DNA of 64,000 bases from an uncultured Candidatus Rokubacteria bacterium. GTDB lineage: Bacteria > Methylomirabilota > Methylomirabilia > Rokubacteriales > CSP1-6. A program made the translations under genes and the position numbers. The stretch is taken from NCBI GenBank assembly GCA_963747235.1, contig CAVVEU010000029.1:64001-128000 (forward strand), in the 5' to 3' direction. Numbering within the stretch: position 1 is the stretch's first letter; every line of letters begins with the position of its first letter. The notes beneath the pieces were generated by a model. It searched no databases. It was not told where the DNA came from and was given only the letters and a program-made list of their open reading frames with translations. Positions 10,686-21,392 of the stretch are shown here, one piece after another.

Positions 10686-10714
10686 AGTCTACGAGTCCCG
10701 CTTCTCGCTGTCAA
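10686..10714 (-). promoter_or_regulatory. Sigma70 promoter of the aroF leader
   Basis: TTGACA-N17-TAGACT overlapping the end of the upstream gene. Confidence 0.75.
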
Positions 10715-11432
10715 GCTCCCCGTTGGGCCCCTCACCGCGGGCCACGCTGCGCCCGTGGAACCAGACCATGATCCGGTGGCGGTAGTAGTACAGCGGCAGG
10801 GCCACCGCCACCGCGACCGCGCTGACCAGGATGGCCTGCATGTAGTCCCCGGCCGCGGTATGCGCCCCCTGGGCCGAGAGCACCCAGGTGCCGGGGATGC
10901 GCCCGAGTCCCGAGACCAGCGCGAACACCCAGAGCGGCATCGGGCTGATCCCGAAGAGATAGCAGACGATGTCCTTCGGCAATCCCGGGATCAGGTAGAC
11001 GATGAAGCACAGGACCGCACCCTCGGCCTCGACGATGAAACCGAGCCGGTTCCAGGTCTCCGGGCTCACCAGGTTCTTCACGTAGTGGGCGCCGAGCCAG
11101 CGGCCGATCGCGAAGGCCCCGACGGAGCCCAGGGTGAGGCCGATGGTGGAGTAGAGCAGCCCCAGCCACTGCCCGAAGAGATAGCCGCCGAGGATGCCGG
11201 TCGCCTCGCCCGGGATCGGCGACACGATGACCTGCAGGGCCTGGAGCGCGATGAAGATGACCGGCGCGAGGACACCCCATTCCCGCAGCGTCTTCTTCAG
11301 GAAGATCTTGTCCACGTACAGCCGGACGATGAACTGGTAGATGGGCGCGTTCGTCACCACGAGCCAGACGCAGCCGGCGATGATCAGCCCCGCGACGCCG
11401 ATGATGATACCCCAGCGCGTGCGCCGGCTCAT
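10689..11432 (-). CDS. TVP38/TMEM64 (DedA/VTT domain) membrane protein
   Basis: LQVIVSPIPGE...GGYLFG...YLIPGLPKD...GRIPG. Confidence 0.88.
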   Translation of the reverse strand: MSRRTRWGIIIGVAGLIIAGCVWLVVTNAPIYQFIVRLYVDKIFLKKTLREWGVLAPVIFIALQALQVIVSPIPGEATGILGGYLFGQWLGLLYSTIGLTLGSVGAFAIGRWLGAHYVKNLVSPETWNRLGFIVEAEGAVLCFIVYLIPGLPKDIVCYLFGISPMPLWVFALVSGLGRIPGTWVLSAQGAHTAAGDYMQAILVSAVAVAVALPLYYYRHRIMVWFHGRSVARGEGPNGELDSEKRDS

Positions 11433-11481
11433 CCGAGCGTCCCCATTGACACCCCGGCCATCAGGCCCTCGGCCTCCTAGG

Positions 11482-12534
11482 TCAGGTGGCCGCGGGCACG
11501 CCCGACGAGCCAGGCCGCCCGAACCGGCCGTAGCGCGGCCACCAGCGCGGGAGGAACGGCTGCATCGCCGCGAGCTGGGTGAGCATCGCGAACCAGCGCG
11601 TGGGCGTGTGGGCGGCCATCCACTGGGCGAGCTGCAGCACGCGGTAGGGCCGGCGGTAGCACGCGACGAGGCGCTGGTAGGCCTCGAGCCCGGCCTCGAG
11701 CGACACGGCCCCATCGAGCACGCGCTGGACGATGCGGCCGCACTCGCCGCCGAAGTAGAGCGCGGGGCGGATGCCTTCCGCGGTGAGCGGCAGGCACTGC
11801 CCGGCCGCGTCGCCGACCGCGAACACGCGGCCCACCGTGGAGCGGAGCGGCCGGTTCGGGAAGTAGGTGCCGTGATACGAGCCGGCCGCCGTGCCGTGAT
11901 CCTTCAGCAGCCGATCGAGCGCGGGCTTGAGCTTCGACCGGCCGGCGTAGGACCCGAGGCCGACCAGGCTGCCGTGGCCGACGGGAAAGATCCAGCCCAG
12001 GCCCTGCGGGATGAGGCGGCGATCGAGCAGGAAGGTCAGGCCCTCGTCCTGGAGGGTGGTGTGGGTCTCGAGTCCGAAGGAATGCCGGGCGGGCTCAGCG
12101 TCGGCGCCGCCGACCAGCGCGCGCCGCCAGCCCGAGCAGTCCACGATCACGGGCGCGGTGAACCGTCCCGCGGTGGTAACGACCGTCCCGTCCTCGATGC
12201 CGGTCACCGAGGTGCGCAGGAAGCGGGCACGACACTGCGCCAGCAGCCCCTCGCAGAAGGCCCGGTAGTCGAACGTGCAGAACGGGACCGCCGAGAGATC
12301 GTAGCGAACCGTGCGGGTGGGCGTGCGGATCTCGAGCCGGTCGTGCACCTGCAAGACGCTGGCGGACACGCCGAGGGCTTCGGGAACCCAGAGCGGGGTG
12401 CCGCACGCGGAGGTCTGCACGCTGCCGACCTCGTTGCGATCGAGGAGCAGTACCTCTCCCCGGAGCTGGCGGGCGACGGCGAGGCCGCCGAAGCTGGCCC
12501 CGACCACGATGGCATCGTAATCTCGGGCGGGCAT
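11482..12534 (-). CDS. FAD-dependent oxidoreductase, geranylgeranyl reductase-like
   Basis: YDAIVVGASFGG, WIFP, VGDAAGQCLPLTAEGIRPA. Confidence 0.85.
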   Translation of the reverse strand: MPARDYDAIVVGASFGGLAVARQLRGEVLLLDRNEVGSVQTSACGTPLWVPEALGVSASVLQVHDRLEIRTPTRTVRYDLSAVPFCTFDYRAFCEGLLAQCRARFLRTSVTGIEDGTVVTTAGRFTAPVIVDCSGWRRALVGGADAEPARHSFGLETHTTLQDEGLTFLLDRRLIPQGLGWIFPVGHGSLVGLGSYAGRSKLKPALDRLLKDHGTAAGSYHGTYFPNRPLRSTVGRVFAVGDAAGQCLPLTAEGIRPALYFGGECGRIVQRVLDGAVSLEAGLEAYQRLVACYRRPYRVLQLAQWMAAHTPTRWFAMLTQLAAMQPFLPRWWPRYGRFGRPGSSGVPAAT

Positions 12535-12576
12535 TTTCGGTCACAGCATACCCTAAAACCCCGTCAAAAAAGGCGG

Positions 12577-13650
12577 TCACGCCTCCGGGCCGACCGGCCC
12601 GCGGCGGCGGGCCGCGACCTCCCGGAGGGTCCCCAGCACCCCTCTCGGAAAAAAGAACACGACCAGGATGAAGAGGATGCCGAAGTAGAGCAGCCAGCGC
12701 TCGGAGAGCCGCTGCAGGATCTCGGACCCCGAGAACACGGTCGCGCCCAGCCCGCGGAGATTGGGCAACAGGGTGCGCGCGGTGAGGAGGACGGCGGCGC
12801 CCACGATGCCCCCGTACAGCGTCCCGATGCCGCCGATGATCACCATGAGCAGCACGTCGAGCATGATCGGGATGCCGAGCGCCGACTCCGGGTTCACGTA
12901 GCGCACCCACAGCGTGTAGCAGCCGCCGAGCACCGTCGCGATCACGCTGCCGAAGGACGAGGCCGCGAGCTGGAAGACGAACGTGCGGTAGCCGAGCGCC
13001 TCCGCCCGCAGCTCGTTGTCGCGGATGGCCTGCAGCGTCCGGCCCAGCGGCGAGTGCACGAAGCGGCGCATCATCAGGAAGCAGCCCAGGCACACCACGA
13101 GCACCGTGTAGTAGGTGACGAGCCGGCCGCTCAGCCCGAAGGGGCCGGACGCGCCCGCCGCGAAGACACCCGGCAGCTTCGGCGAGAGCCCGTCCTCGCC
13201 GCCGGTGAGCGCGCTCCACTGCACGGCCAGGATGAGCGCGAACTCGGCGAAGGCCAGCGTGATCATGGCGAAGAACAGCGCCTTGACCCGCAGCGAGAAC
13301 GCGCCGATCACGATGGCCACGGTGGCCGAGATCGCGATGCCGACCACGAAGCCCAGGAGCACGTGGCCGTAGGTGGGCGCGCCCAGCTTGCCCACCGCGA
13401 GCGCCACCGCGTAGGCGCCGAAGCCGAAGAACATCGCGTGGCCGAAGGACACGATGCCGGTGTAGCCGATCACCACGTCGAAGCTCGCGGCGAGCGTGGC
13501 GAAGAGCGCGATCTTGAGCGCGAGGTCGAGGGTCTGGAACGAGGGCGCGAGCGTCGGCAACAGGACCCACGCGAGCAGCAGGCCCAGACGCAGGAACGCG
13601 GTCGGCTCCCGCCAGCGCCCGCGGCGCGCCGCCGCCCGCGCGGCCTGCAC
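12577..13650 (-). CDS. Branched-chain amino acid ABC permease (LivM-like)
   Basis: GYTGIVSFGHAMFFG, TGGEDG, SPLGRTLQAIRDNELRA, IIGGIGTLYG. Confidence 0.9.
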   Translation of the reverse strand: MQAARAAARRGRWREPTAFLRLGLLLAWVLLPTLAPSFQTLDLALKIALFATLAASFDVVIGYTGIVSFGHAMFFGFGAYAVALAVGKLGAPTYGHVLLGFVVGIAISATVAIVIGAFSLRVKALFFAMITLAFAEFALILAVQWSALTGGEDGLSPKLPGVFAAGASGPFGLSGRLVTYYTVLVVCLGCFLMMRRFVHSPLGRTLQAIRDNELRAEALGYRTFVFQLAASSFGSVIATVLGGCYTLWVRYVNPESALGIPIMLDVLLMVIIGGIGTLYGGIVGAAVLLTARTLLPNLRGLGATVFSGSEILQRLSERWLLYFGILFILVVFFFPRGVLGTLREVAARRRGPVGPEA

Positions 13651-13674
13651 CGGGGTGCGCCCGGCCGGGGCGCG

Positions 13675-14650
13675 TCACTCGCCCGTCCCGTAGAGCCCGG
13701 TGGGGCGCACGAGCAGCACCAGCACCATGATGGCCATGGTCACGCCGATGGCCGCCTTGGGGACGAGGAACGCCACGTAGTTGTAGGACAGGCCGACGAG
13801 CAGCGCGCCGACCAGCGAGCCGGTGACGCTGCCGAGCCCGCCGATGATCACCACGATGAAGGCGAAGATGAGCTGCTCGCCGCCCATCGCGGGGCGGATG
13901 GACTGGCTGAACATTCCCCACATGAGCCCGCCCACGCCGGCCAGCGCGGAGCCGGCCGCGAAGACCGCGGTGAAGTAGCGATGGACGTCGTGGCCCATCA
14001 CCTGCACCATCTCGTTGTTCTCGACTCCGGCCCGCACGATCAGGCCCACCCGCGTGCGGTGCAGCAGCCACCACATGCCCACGTAGACGGACACCCCCAG
14101 CGCGATGGCGATGATCGGGAAGCGCAGGATCACCACGTCGGCCACGTCCCAGGAGCCCCGGAAGGTGACCGGCACCGGCATCACCTGATCGTTCGGCCCC
14201 CACGCGATGCGGATCAGCTCCTCGAGCACGATGGTGGCCCCGAGCGTGATCAGGATCTGGAAGAGATGCTGCCCGTAGACCGGCCGCACGATCACCCGCT
14301 CCAGCGCGATGCCGAGCGCGCACGACACGACCACCGCGCCGCGCCACCGCGAGGAGGAGCAGGCCCGCGTTGGCGAGGACGGACTCGGAGGCGGCCCAGC
14401 CCCAAGCTCCGTTGACCAGGATCGCCACGCTGAAGCCCGCGTAGGCGCCCCAGGAGAAGAGCGCCCCGTGCGCGAAGTTGAGCACGTCCATGAGGCCGAA
14501 GATCAAGGTGAGCCCGGCCGCGACCAGGAAGATCAGCATCCCCATCGCGAGGCCGGCCACCGTGAGCGTGAGCCAGGTGCGGGGCTCGATCGCGGCGAGC
14601 GGGAGGAGCAGCAGGGCCAGGCCGAGCAGCGGGGGAACCGCGCGCTTCAT
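13675..14650 (-). CDS. Branched-chain amino acid ABC permease (LivH-like; indel near 14340)
   Basis: GLTLIFGLMDVLNFAHG, FIVVIIGGLGS, RPTGLYG. Confidence 0.9.
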
Positions 14651-15351
14651 ACGCCGAGATACCTCCGCTTGAGCGCCTGGTCGGCGGCGAGCGCCGCCAT
14701 CGGCCCCGCGTGCACGGTGCGCCCATCGTCCATCACGTAACAGTCGTCGCCCAGGCGGCTCGCCATCGCGAAGTTCTGCTCGACGAGCACCACGGTGGCG
14801 TGCTCCTTCATGGCGGCGAGCGCGCCGATGAGGTGCTCGATCACGATGGGGGCCAGGCCCTTCGAGGGCTCGTCGATCAGCAGGAGCCGCGTGGGGTTCA
14901 CGAAGGCACGCGCGATGGCGAGCATCTGCTTCTGCCCACCCGAGAGCGTGCCCGCGCGGGCGTGGCGGAAGCGCTCGAGGTCGGGAAAGAGCGTGAGCGC
15001 GCGCCGCAGGCGGTCGCGGCTCTCCGCGGTCTCGGCCAGCATCGCCACCCGCAGGTTCTCGTCCACCGTGAGCGTGGCGAAGATGCCCTGCCCCTCCGGC
15101 ACGTAGCCGATGCCGAGCCGCGCGATGGCGTGCGGGGCGAGCGCGTGGATCGGACGGCCGTCGAAGCGCACCGTCCCCCGGCGCGGCCGCAGCACGCCCA
15201 TGATCGTCCGCATCGTGGTGGTCTTGCCCGCCCCGTTGCGCCCGAGGAGCACGGTGACCGCGTCGGGGCGCACCCGCAGCGAGACGCCCTGCAGGATGTG
15301 GTGCTGCCCGATGTCGGTGTGCACGTCCTCCAGCTCGAGCAGATCAGGCAT
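14647..15351 (-). CDS. ABC ATP-binding protein (LivF-like)
   Basis: GRNGAGKTT, LSGGQKQML, DEPSKGLAP, VEQN. Confidence 0.93.
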   Translation of the reverse strand: MPDLLELEDVHTDIGQHHILQGVSLRVRPDAVTVLLGRNGAGKTTTMRTIMGVLRPRRGTVRFDGRPIHALAPHAIARLGIGYVPEGQGIFATLTVDENLRVAMLAETAESRDRLRRALTLFPDLERFRHARAGTLSGGQKQMLAIARAFVNPTRLLLIDEPSKGLAPIVIEHLIGALAAMKEHATVVLVEQNFAMASRLGDDCYVMDDGRTVHAGPMAALAADQALKRRYLGV

Positions 15352-16112
15352 GCGCGGTCCCGAAATACGCGGCCTGCACCTCCGCGCTCGCGCTCACCTC
15401 CGCAGGCGAGCCGTCCGCGATGAGCCGCCCGTCCTTCAGCACCGCGATCGAGTCGGAGAGCGCCATCACCATGTCGATCTTGTGCTCGACGAGCAGGATG
15501 GTCCGGTCCCGGCGGGCGCGGATGGCGTCGATGAGCCCGATGATGGCCGGCACCTCCTCGAGCGACATGCCCGCGGTCGGCTCGTCCAGCAGCAGCACCT
15601 CGGGCTCCGAGCGCGAGCAGGATGCCCAGCTCGAGCTTCCGCTTCTCGCCGTGGGCGAGCGCGCCGGCCGGGGCCGCCCACTTCGGCGCGAGCAGCACCG
15701 TCTCGAGCAGCCGGTACGCGGCGTCCTCGAGATCCGGGAAGCTCCGGTAGTCGCGCCAGGCGGTGAAGCCGAGCCCGCGATGCGCCTGCACCGCGAGCCG
15801 CACGTTCTCGAGCACGGTGAGGGTGGGGAAGATGTTGGTGAGCTGGAAGGACCGGCCGATGCCGAGCCGCGTCCGCGCGGCGGCCCCGCGGCTCGTGATG
15901 TCGCGGCCCTTGAACAGGATCCGCCCCTCGGTCGGCCGGTACTGCCCGCTCAGCAGGTTGAAAAAGGTGGTCTTGCCCGCGCCGTTGGGGCCGATGATGG
16001 ACTTGAGCGTGAACGGCGCCACGTCGAGGGTGACGTGGTCCACCGCGACGTGGCCTCCGAAGCGAATGGTGAGGTCGCGGGCGGAGACGATCGGGGGTGA
16101 CGCCGTCGCTAT
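15344..16112 (-). CDS. ABC ATP-binding protein (LivG-like; indel near 15610; start uncertain)
   Basis: FGGHVAVD, GPNGAGKTT, RSFQLTNIF, LLDEPTAGM, VEHKID. Confidence 0.9.
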
Positions 16113-16978
16113 GTCCCCTTGAGGAAGGCCCGGAGGGCGTTCTTCACCTTCGGGTGCTGGCCGAGCAGCACGGTGTAGTGGTTGGTGCCGGGCACCACCA
16201 CCAGCTTGGCGCGCGGGATCGCGTGGGCCATCGCCTCCGCCTCGTCCTGCGTCATCAGGCAGTCGGTGGGAGTGAGCAGCCCGTCGGGCGCGCGGAAGAT
16301 CAGAGTGGGCGCCTTGATCCGGTGGTGATGGACCCAGAGCCGCTCTCGCTCGAGGTTGCTGATCTCCTCCTCGATGGCGTGGCGCGCGGCCTTCGAGCGG
16401 ACGGTGCCCGCGGGCAATTCCTCGACGTCGTAGCGGAAGTAGCGCTCGAGGTAGTCGTTCCAGCGCCCCTCGAACATCGGCAGCATGCGCACGAAGCCCA
16501 GGAACATGTCGAGCGACGGGAACTCGACCCCGAGCCGGTTGATGGCCGGGCGGAGCGATTCGAGGATCTCGTACCGCACGTCGATGCCGCCGTCCACCAG
16601 CACGAGCTTCGCCACCCGCTCCGGATGCGTGGCCGCGAAGCGGACCGCGATGTGGGCGCCCAGGGAATGGCCGACCAGCACCGCCTCTCTTGAGACCGAA
16701 GTGATCGAGGAGTCCCAGCAGGTCCTCGTTGTGGTGCATGAGGCTGTAGCCGTGCTCGGGCTTGTCGCTCTCGCCCCGTCCCCGAAGGTCGTACGCGATC
16801 AGCCGGTGGGCGGGCGAGAGCACGTCGGCCACGCTCGCCCAGCAGGTGTGGTTCGCGGTCAGCCCGTGGACGCAGACGATGGCCGGACCCTTCGCGGGCC
16901 CGGGCCACTCCGCGACCGCGAGCGAGACGTCTTTGAGCGCGATGTGGGTGACGGCCGTCGTCGGCAGCTCACGGTCAT
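16109..16978 (-). CDS. Alpha/beta fold hydrolase (indels near 16690 and 16965)
   Basis: VCVHGLTAN, DLRGRGES, GHSLG nucleophile elbow, PGTNHY. Confidence 0.88.
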
Positions 16979-18187
16979 CGCTTGTTCATGATCGGGGGCG
17001 CGGTCTCCTGGAGGCGTCAACTCGCGCACGAGCGAGGGGATCAGCCACGCCACGTCCGGCTTCGACACCATCTTGAAGGAGTACATGCTCTGGAGCGCCT
17101 GGTGGTCCTCTTTCCGGAAGATCATCTTGCCCTTGGGCGTCTGGAACTCGAGGCCCTTCCATCGCGGCGATGAGCTTCTCGGTGTCGGTGCCCCCCGCCT
17201 TCTGGATCCCCGCCACCACCGCCATCGCGGCCGCGAAGCCGCCGCAGGTGAAGAAGTCGGGCGGCTCGTTGAAGCGCTTCATGTGCTCGCGCACCAGCCA
17301 GTCGTTCACCGGGTTCTTGGGGATCTCGTAGTAGTAGTAGGCCCCGCCCACCATGCCCTCGAGCTTGCCGGCCTTCATCGCCTTGAGCGACGTCGAGGAC
17401 GTTGCTGCCGCTGGTCAGCGTGATGCCGTACTTGTCGAGGCGATTGTCCACGAGCTGCCCGAACGGCCCGCCCTTGCCCGCCCAGATGACGAAGACGTAC
17501 TTCGGGCCGGGCTTGTCCTTGAGCGCGCCGATGATCTTCTGGATGGGCGCGGTGAAGTCGGTGGCGGTGGTGGGCGTGTATTCCTCGTGCACGACCTGGG
17601 CCCCCGCCTTCTCGACCGCCGCCTTGTAGGCGGCGACCCCGTCGCGGCCGAAGGCGTAGTCCTGGGCGATGGTGGCGATGGCCACGCCCGGCTTCGCGAC
17701 GGCCAGCGCGTTGGCGATGGCGTCCTGGCTCGAGTTGCGCCCGGTGCGGAAGACGTAGCGGTTCCAGTTCTCACCCGTGATGCTGTCGGCCACCGCGGGC
17801 TCCACGATCAGGACCTTCTTGAACTCGGCGGCCACCGGCAGGATCGCGAGGGCGGCCGCGCTCGACGTGGTGCCCACCACCAGGTCCACCTTGTCGTCGG
17901 CGTAGAGCTTGGTGACCTTCTGCTTCGCCACGTCCGGCTTGAGCTGGTCGTCCTCCTCGATGATCTCGATCTTGCGGCCGAGCAGCTCCTTCTTGCCCCC
18001 GGTGGCGTAGTCGAGGCCCAGCTCGAACCCGCGCTTCACCTGCTTGGCGTAGACCTCGAACGGCCCGGTGAAGCCCTGCACGAGGCCGATCTTGATCGGG
18101 GTCTGGGCGAGCGCAGCCGACGGCTGGCCGACGCGCGATGATGCTCAAGAGAAAGGCAATGGTCAGGCGGGTGAGCCGGGTCTTCAT
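16975..18187 (-). CDS. Liv-type ABC substrate-binding protein (several indels)
   Basis: Signal peptide, IKIGLVQGFTGP, EEDDQLKPD, AVADSITG..WNRYVFRTGRNSSQDA, QDYAFGRDG. Confidence 0.88.
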
Positions 18188-18276
18188 GGATGATCTCCAG
18201 TTCTGGGTCGGCCGTGTGGTCGGCATGCGGCGGGGCTACGCTAGCAAGGGGGGCCATGAGGGTCAAGCATTCGGGC

Positions 18277-19064
18277 CTACTCTCCGAGGTACCAGCGCCG
18301 GCGCGCCTGGGGTCCATAGCCGAGGCCGAAGCGCCGCATCGCCACGCCCGCCACCAGGTCCACCGCTTCCTCCGGAGAATCCGTCACCTGCAGCCGCTGC
18401 TCGTCGCCCGGATCGATGGTGCCCTCCACCAGCAGCCGGTTGCGCACGAAGTCGGTGAGCGGACGCCAGTACTCGCGCCCCATCAGCACGATGGGGAACT
18501 CGCTGGACCTTGCCGGTCTGCACGAGCGTGGCGATCTCGAACATCTCGTCGAGCGTGCCGAAGCCGCCGGGCAGCGCGACGAAGGCGTAGGAGTACTTCA
18601 CGAGCATGACCTTGCGGACGTAGAAGTGGCGGAAGGTGACGAAGCGGTCGACGTAGGGATTCGGCGTGCTGCTCGTGCGGCAGCTCGATGTTGCAGCCGA
18701 TCGAGCGCCCGCCCACCTCCTTGGCCCCGCGGTTGGCCGCCTCCATGATGCCGGGCCCGCCGCCGGTCATGACCGTGAAGCCGCGGCGCGCGAGCCGGGC
18801 GCCCACCTCGCGGCCCAGCTCGTAGTAGGGATGGTCGGCCTTGAAGCGGGCGGAGCCGAACACGGTGACGCACGGCCCGACGAAGTGCAGCGCGCGGAAG
18901 CCCCGCAGGAACTCGAAGAAGATGCGGACGGCGCGGGCCAGCTCGAAGCTGCGGGGCTGCGGGCCCTGCAGGAAGCGGATCTCTTCGGGGGCCGCGGCCC
19001 CCTTGCCCCACTGGGATCGGTCCGAGGCCGGCGGGGCCCCCGAGACCGGCTGCTCCGCGCTCAG
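18277..19064 (-). CDS. LOG family (TIGR00730-like) nucleotide phosphoribohydrolase (indels; start uncertain)
   Basis: CVTVFGSAR, TGGGPGIMEAANRG, PGGFGTLDE. Confidence 0.9.
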
Positions 19065-19069
19065 GCGCG

Positions 19070-19442
19070 CTACTCGGGGCCGTGGGCCGACTGCACGGCG
19101 ACGACGGACACGCTCTCGGGCGCCGCGTCGTCCCGCGGCCGATGGCTGCACGTGTAGCCGAGCGTCAACGAGAACTGTCCGGCGCGCGACTCGTCGGCCC
19201 CGTGGGCTCCGGACGCGCGGGCCGAGGCTTCGGACTCGGCGAGGGCGTTGAGCTGGGCCAGGAGCGGGGCGGGATCCATGCCGTTCTGGCGCGCGAAGTC
19301 CCCGACGCTCAGGCCGGGGAAGCGCGCGTAGAGGTCGTTCCGCTGATCCACGTAGAGGCGCCGACCTTGCGTGAACACCGGCGCGGTGCCGGGATGCTTC
19401 GCCAGCACGTCGTTGATCTTCGAATCGGCGGTGATTGCCCAC
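19070..19442 (-). CDS. Small hypothetical protein with DUF1858-like N-terminus
   Basis: ITADSKINDVLAKHPGTAPVF...SVGDFARQNGMDPAPLLAQLN; directly follows the USP gene. Confidence 0.5.
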
Positions 19443-19447
19443 CGCGG

Positions 19448-19897
19448 TCACCGGCCCCGCACGGTCAGCACCGGGCACGACACGCTGGCGACGAGCCGCG
19501 TCGCCACGCTGCCCAGGAAGAACTTGGCGAGCCCGGTGCGCCCATGGGTGCCGATCACGAGCAGGTCGGCCTTCTTGGCCCGCGCCGCCCGCGCGACGCG
19601 CTCGTGCGGCACGCCCTCGAGCAGGAGCCCGGTGGCGCGCGCGCCCGCCTTCTTCGCCCCCGCCACGATCGCGTTGAGGCGCTTCTGCGCCTGGGCGCGC
19701 GCCGAGGCCTCGAGGTCCTCGTAGAGGCTGGGCGAGATGTATCCCTCGCCCGGCAGCACCAGCGAGGGCGGCGTCATGACGTGCGCGACGATGAGCTGAG
19801 CGCGATCGGCCTTGGCCATCGCGACCGCGCGCTTGAGCGCGGCCGTCGAAGCGCGCGAGAAATCCGTGGCGTGCATGATCCGTCGTAGGCGTGGCAT
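19448..19897 (-). CDS. Universal stress protein (UspA family)
   Basis: RIMHATDFS, ADLLVIGTHGRTG...LGSVA...CPVLTV. Confidence 0.95.
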   Translation of the reverse strand: MPRLRRIMHATDFSRASTAALKRAVAMAKADRAQLIVAHVMTPPSLVLPGEGYISPSLYEDLEASARAQAQKRLNAIVAGAKKAGARATGLLLEGVPHERVARAARAKKADLLVIGTHGRTGLAKFFLGSVATRLVASVSCPVLTVRGR

Positions 19898-20265
19898 GCC
19901 GGTATCTTACAATGCGCCATGCTCAGCGTCGAGGCGCTTGCGCCGACTCCCCGGGCCGGACCCCGTCGCGGGCGGTAGGCTGCACCGCGACCTACCGGAG
20001 CGGCGCGACTCCCGCGAGCGGCTTGCCGTCCCGCTACGCGCCGCGCCGGCGGCCAGCGCGGGGTCGGGCTCACTGGCTGACCCCCGATCCCCTTCTCGGC
20101 CAGGAAGCCTACCCGAGCCGACGTCCTCCGCTGCTATCTGGGAGACTCCCGTCGGGTGCGTCCGCCCGGACCCACGACGGACTCCCAACGCCGGTCGTGG
20201 GCAGAGACCCACCCCCGCCCCCCGCGCCCCCGGCCCCGCCCTCCCCGCGCCGCCCGCGCGAACGG

Positions 20266-21385
20266 CTAGAAGTGGAAGTGGGCGCCGAGCCCGAGGTAGT
20301 CGACGCGCCGCTTGTAGAACTGCCCGTCCGGCGAGTTCCCGTGGAAGTACTCGACGAGGAGCTGGAGATTCCGCTCCAGCACGCGCACGTTCTCGAGCTG
20401 GATGCCCCCGCGCACCGACACGTCGAGGTTCCACTTGTTCTCCTCGCGCGATTGCAGGTCCACCGCCGCCACCGGCCGCACACGGCCGGCCGCGACCGTC
20501 CACGGGCTGCGGAACTCCACGCCGCCCTGCGCGGACCACGGCTTGAGGCTCTCGGGCTCCTGGTCGAACAGGTACCCGCCCCCGCCGTAGACCCGGAAGC
20601 CCCACGGCAGATCGTAGGAGAGCTTCAGATCCACGCTCTCGTAGGTGAGGTTGATGCGCTCGAGGCGCGTGCGGAGCAGCAGCTCGTCGCCCAGGTGCGA
20701 GCTCTGGTGGAAGATCCGTCCGAGCGCGGAGAACGCGCCGCGGCGCCAGGTGCCGAACAGCGAGGCGAAGTAGTCGGCGTTGAGCAGGTCCTTGGACGGC
20801 GCGTCCATCTGGAAGAGCGCGAACACGCCGGCCTGGATGCCCGCCTCCCACTGGCTGTCCGCGAAGCGCGTTGCCCCGGATGAGCGGGATCGTCTCGCCG
20901 AAGCTCACCGCGCCCACGTGCTCCAGGTCCCGGTTGTTCAGGTAGTACCGGTACGAGGCCGAGAAGTGCGGCCACCGCGGATCCGCCAGCAGCGGCTGGA
21001 AGAGGTGCCCGGCCGGCAGGAACCCGGTGGGCAGGGCCGAGACCGCGGCCGGCGCCACGTCGGGCACGACCGCGGGCGCGCGGACGGCCGCCTCCCGCAC
21101 CTCGACGCGGACCACGCCGGGCAGGTTCGAGAGCGTCGTCACGACCGCGACGCGATCGGTGCCCGCGAGCTGCGCGCCGTCGAGCGTGAGGACGCCGTTG
21201 TCCACCGTCACCGCGCGGCGGGGCACCTTGAACTCGCGCTCGAGCACCGCGCCCGCGTAGCCCGCCAGGTACGGGTCCTCCGACGCGGGCGCGGCGGCGA
21301 CGGCCGGCGCGCCCGGCGCGCCCCACAGCATCGCCCACACGGCCAGTGGGAACAGCGCCAGCGGGCGCCGACGACGTGTCGTCAT
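20266..21385 (-). CDS. DUF1207-like exported/outer-membrane protein (indel near 20860)
   Basis: Signal peptide; LFQPLLADPRWPHF, DLLNADY, HQSSHLGDE, G.SPDGQFY; C-terminal Phe. Confidence 0.75.
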
Positions 21386-21392
21386 GAATCCT

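Noticed and set aside
19919-19978. 19-aa ORF MLSVEALAPTPRAGPRRGR containing an RAGP arrest-like motif
   Set aside because: No downstream plus-strand gene to regulate, and R/A/G/P codons are very frequent by chance at this GC content.
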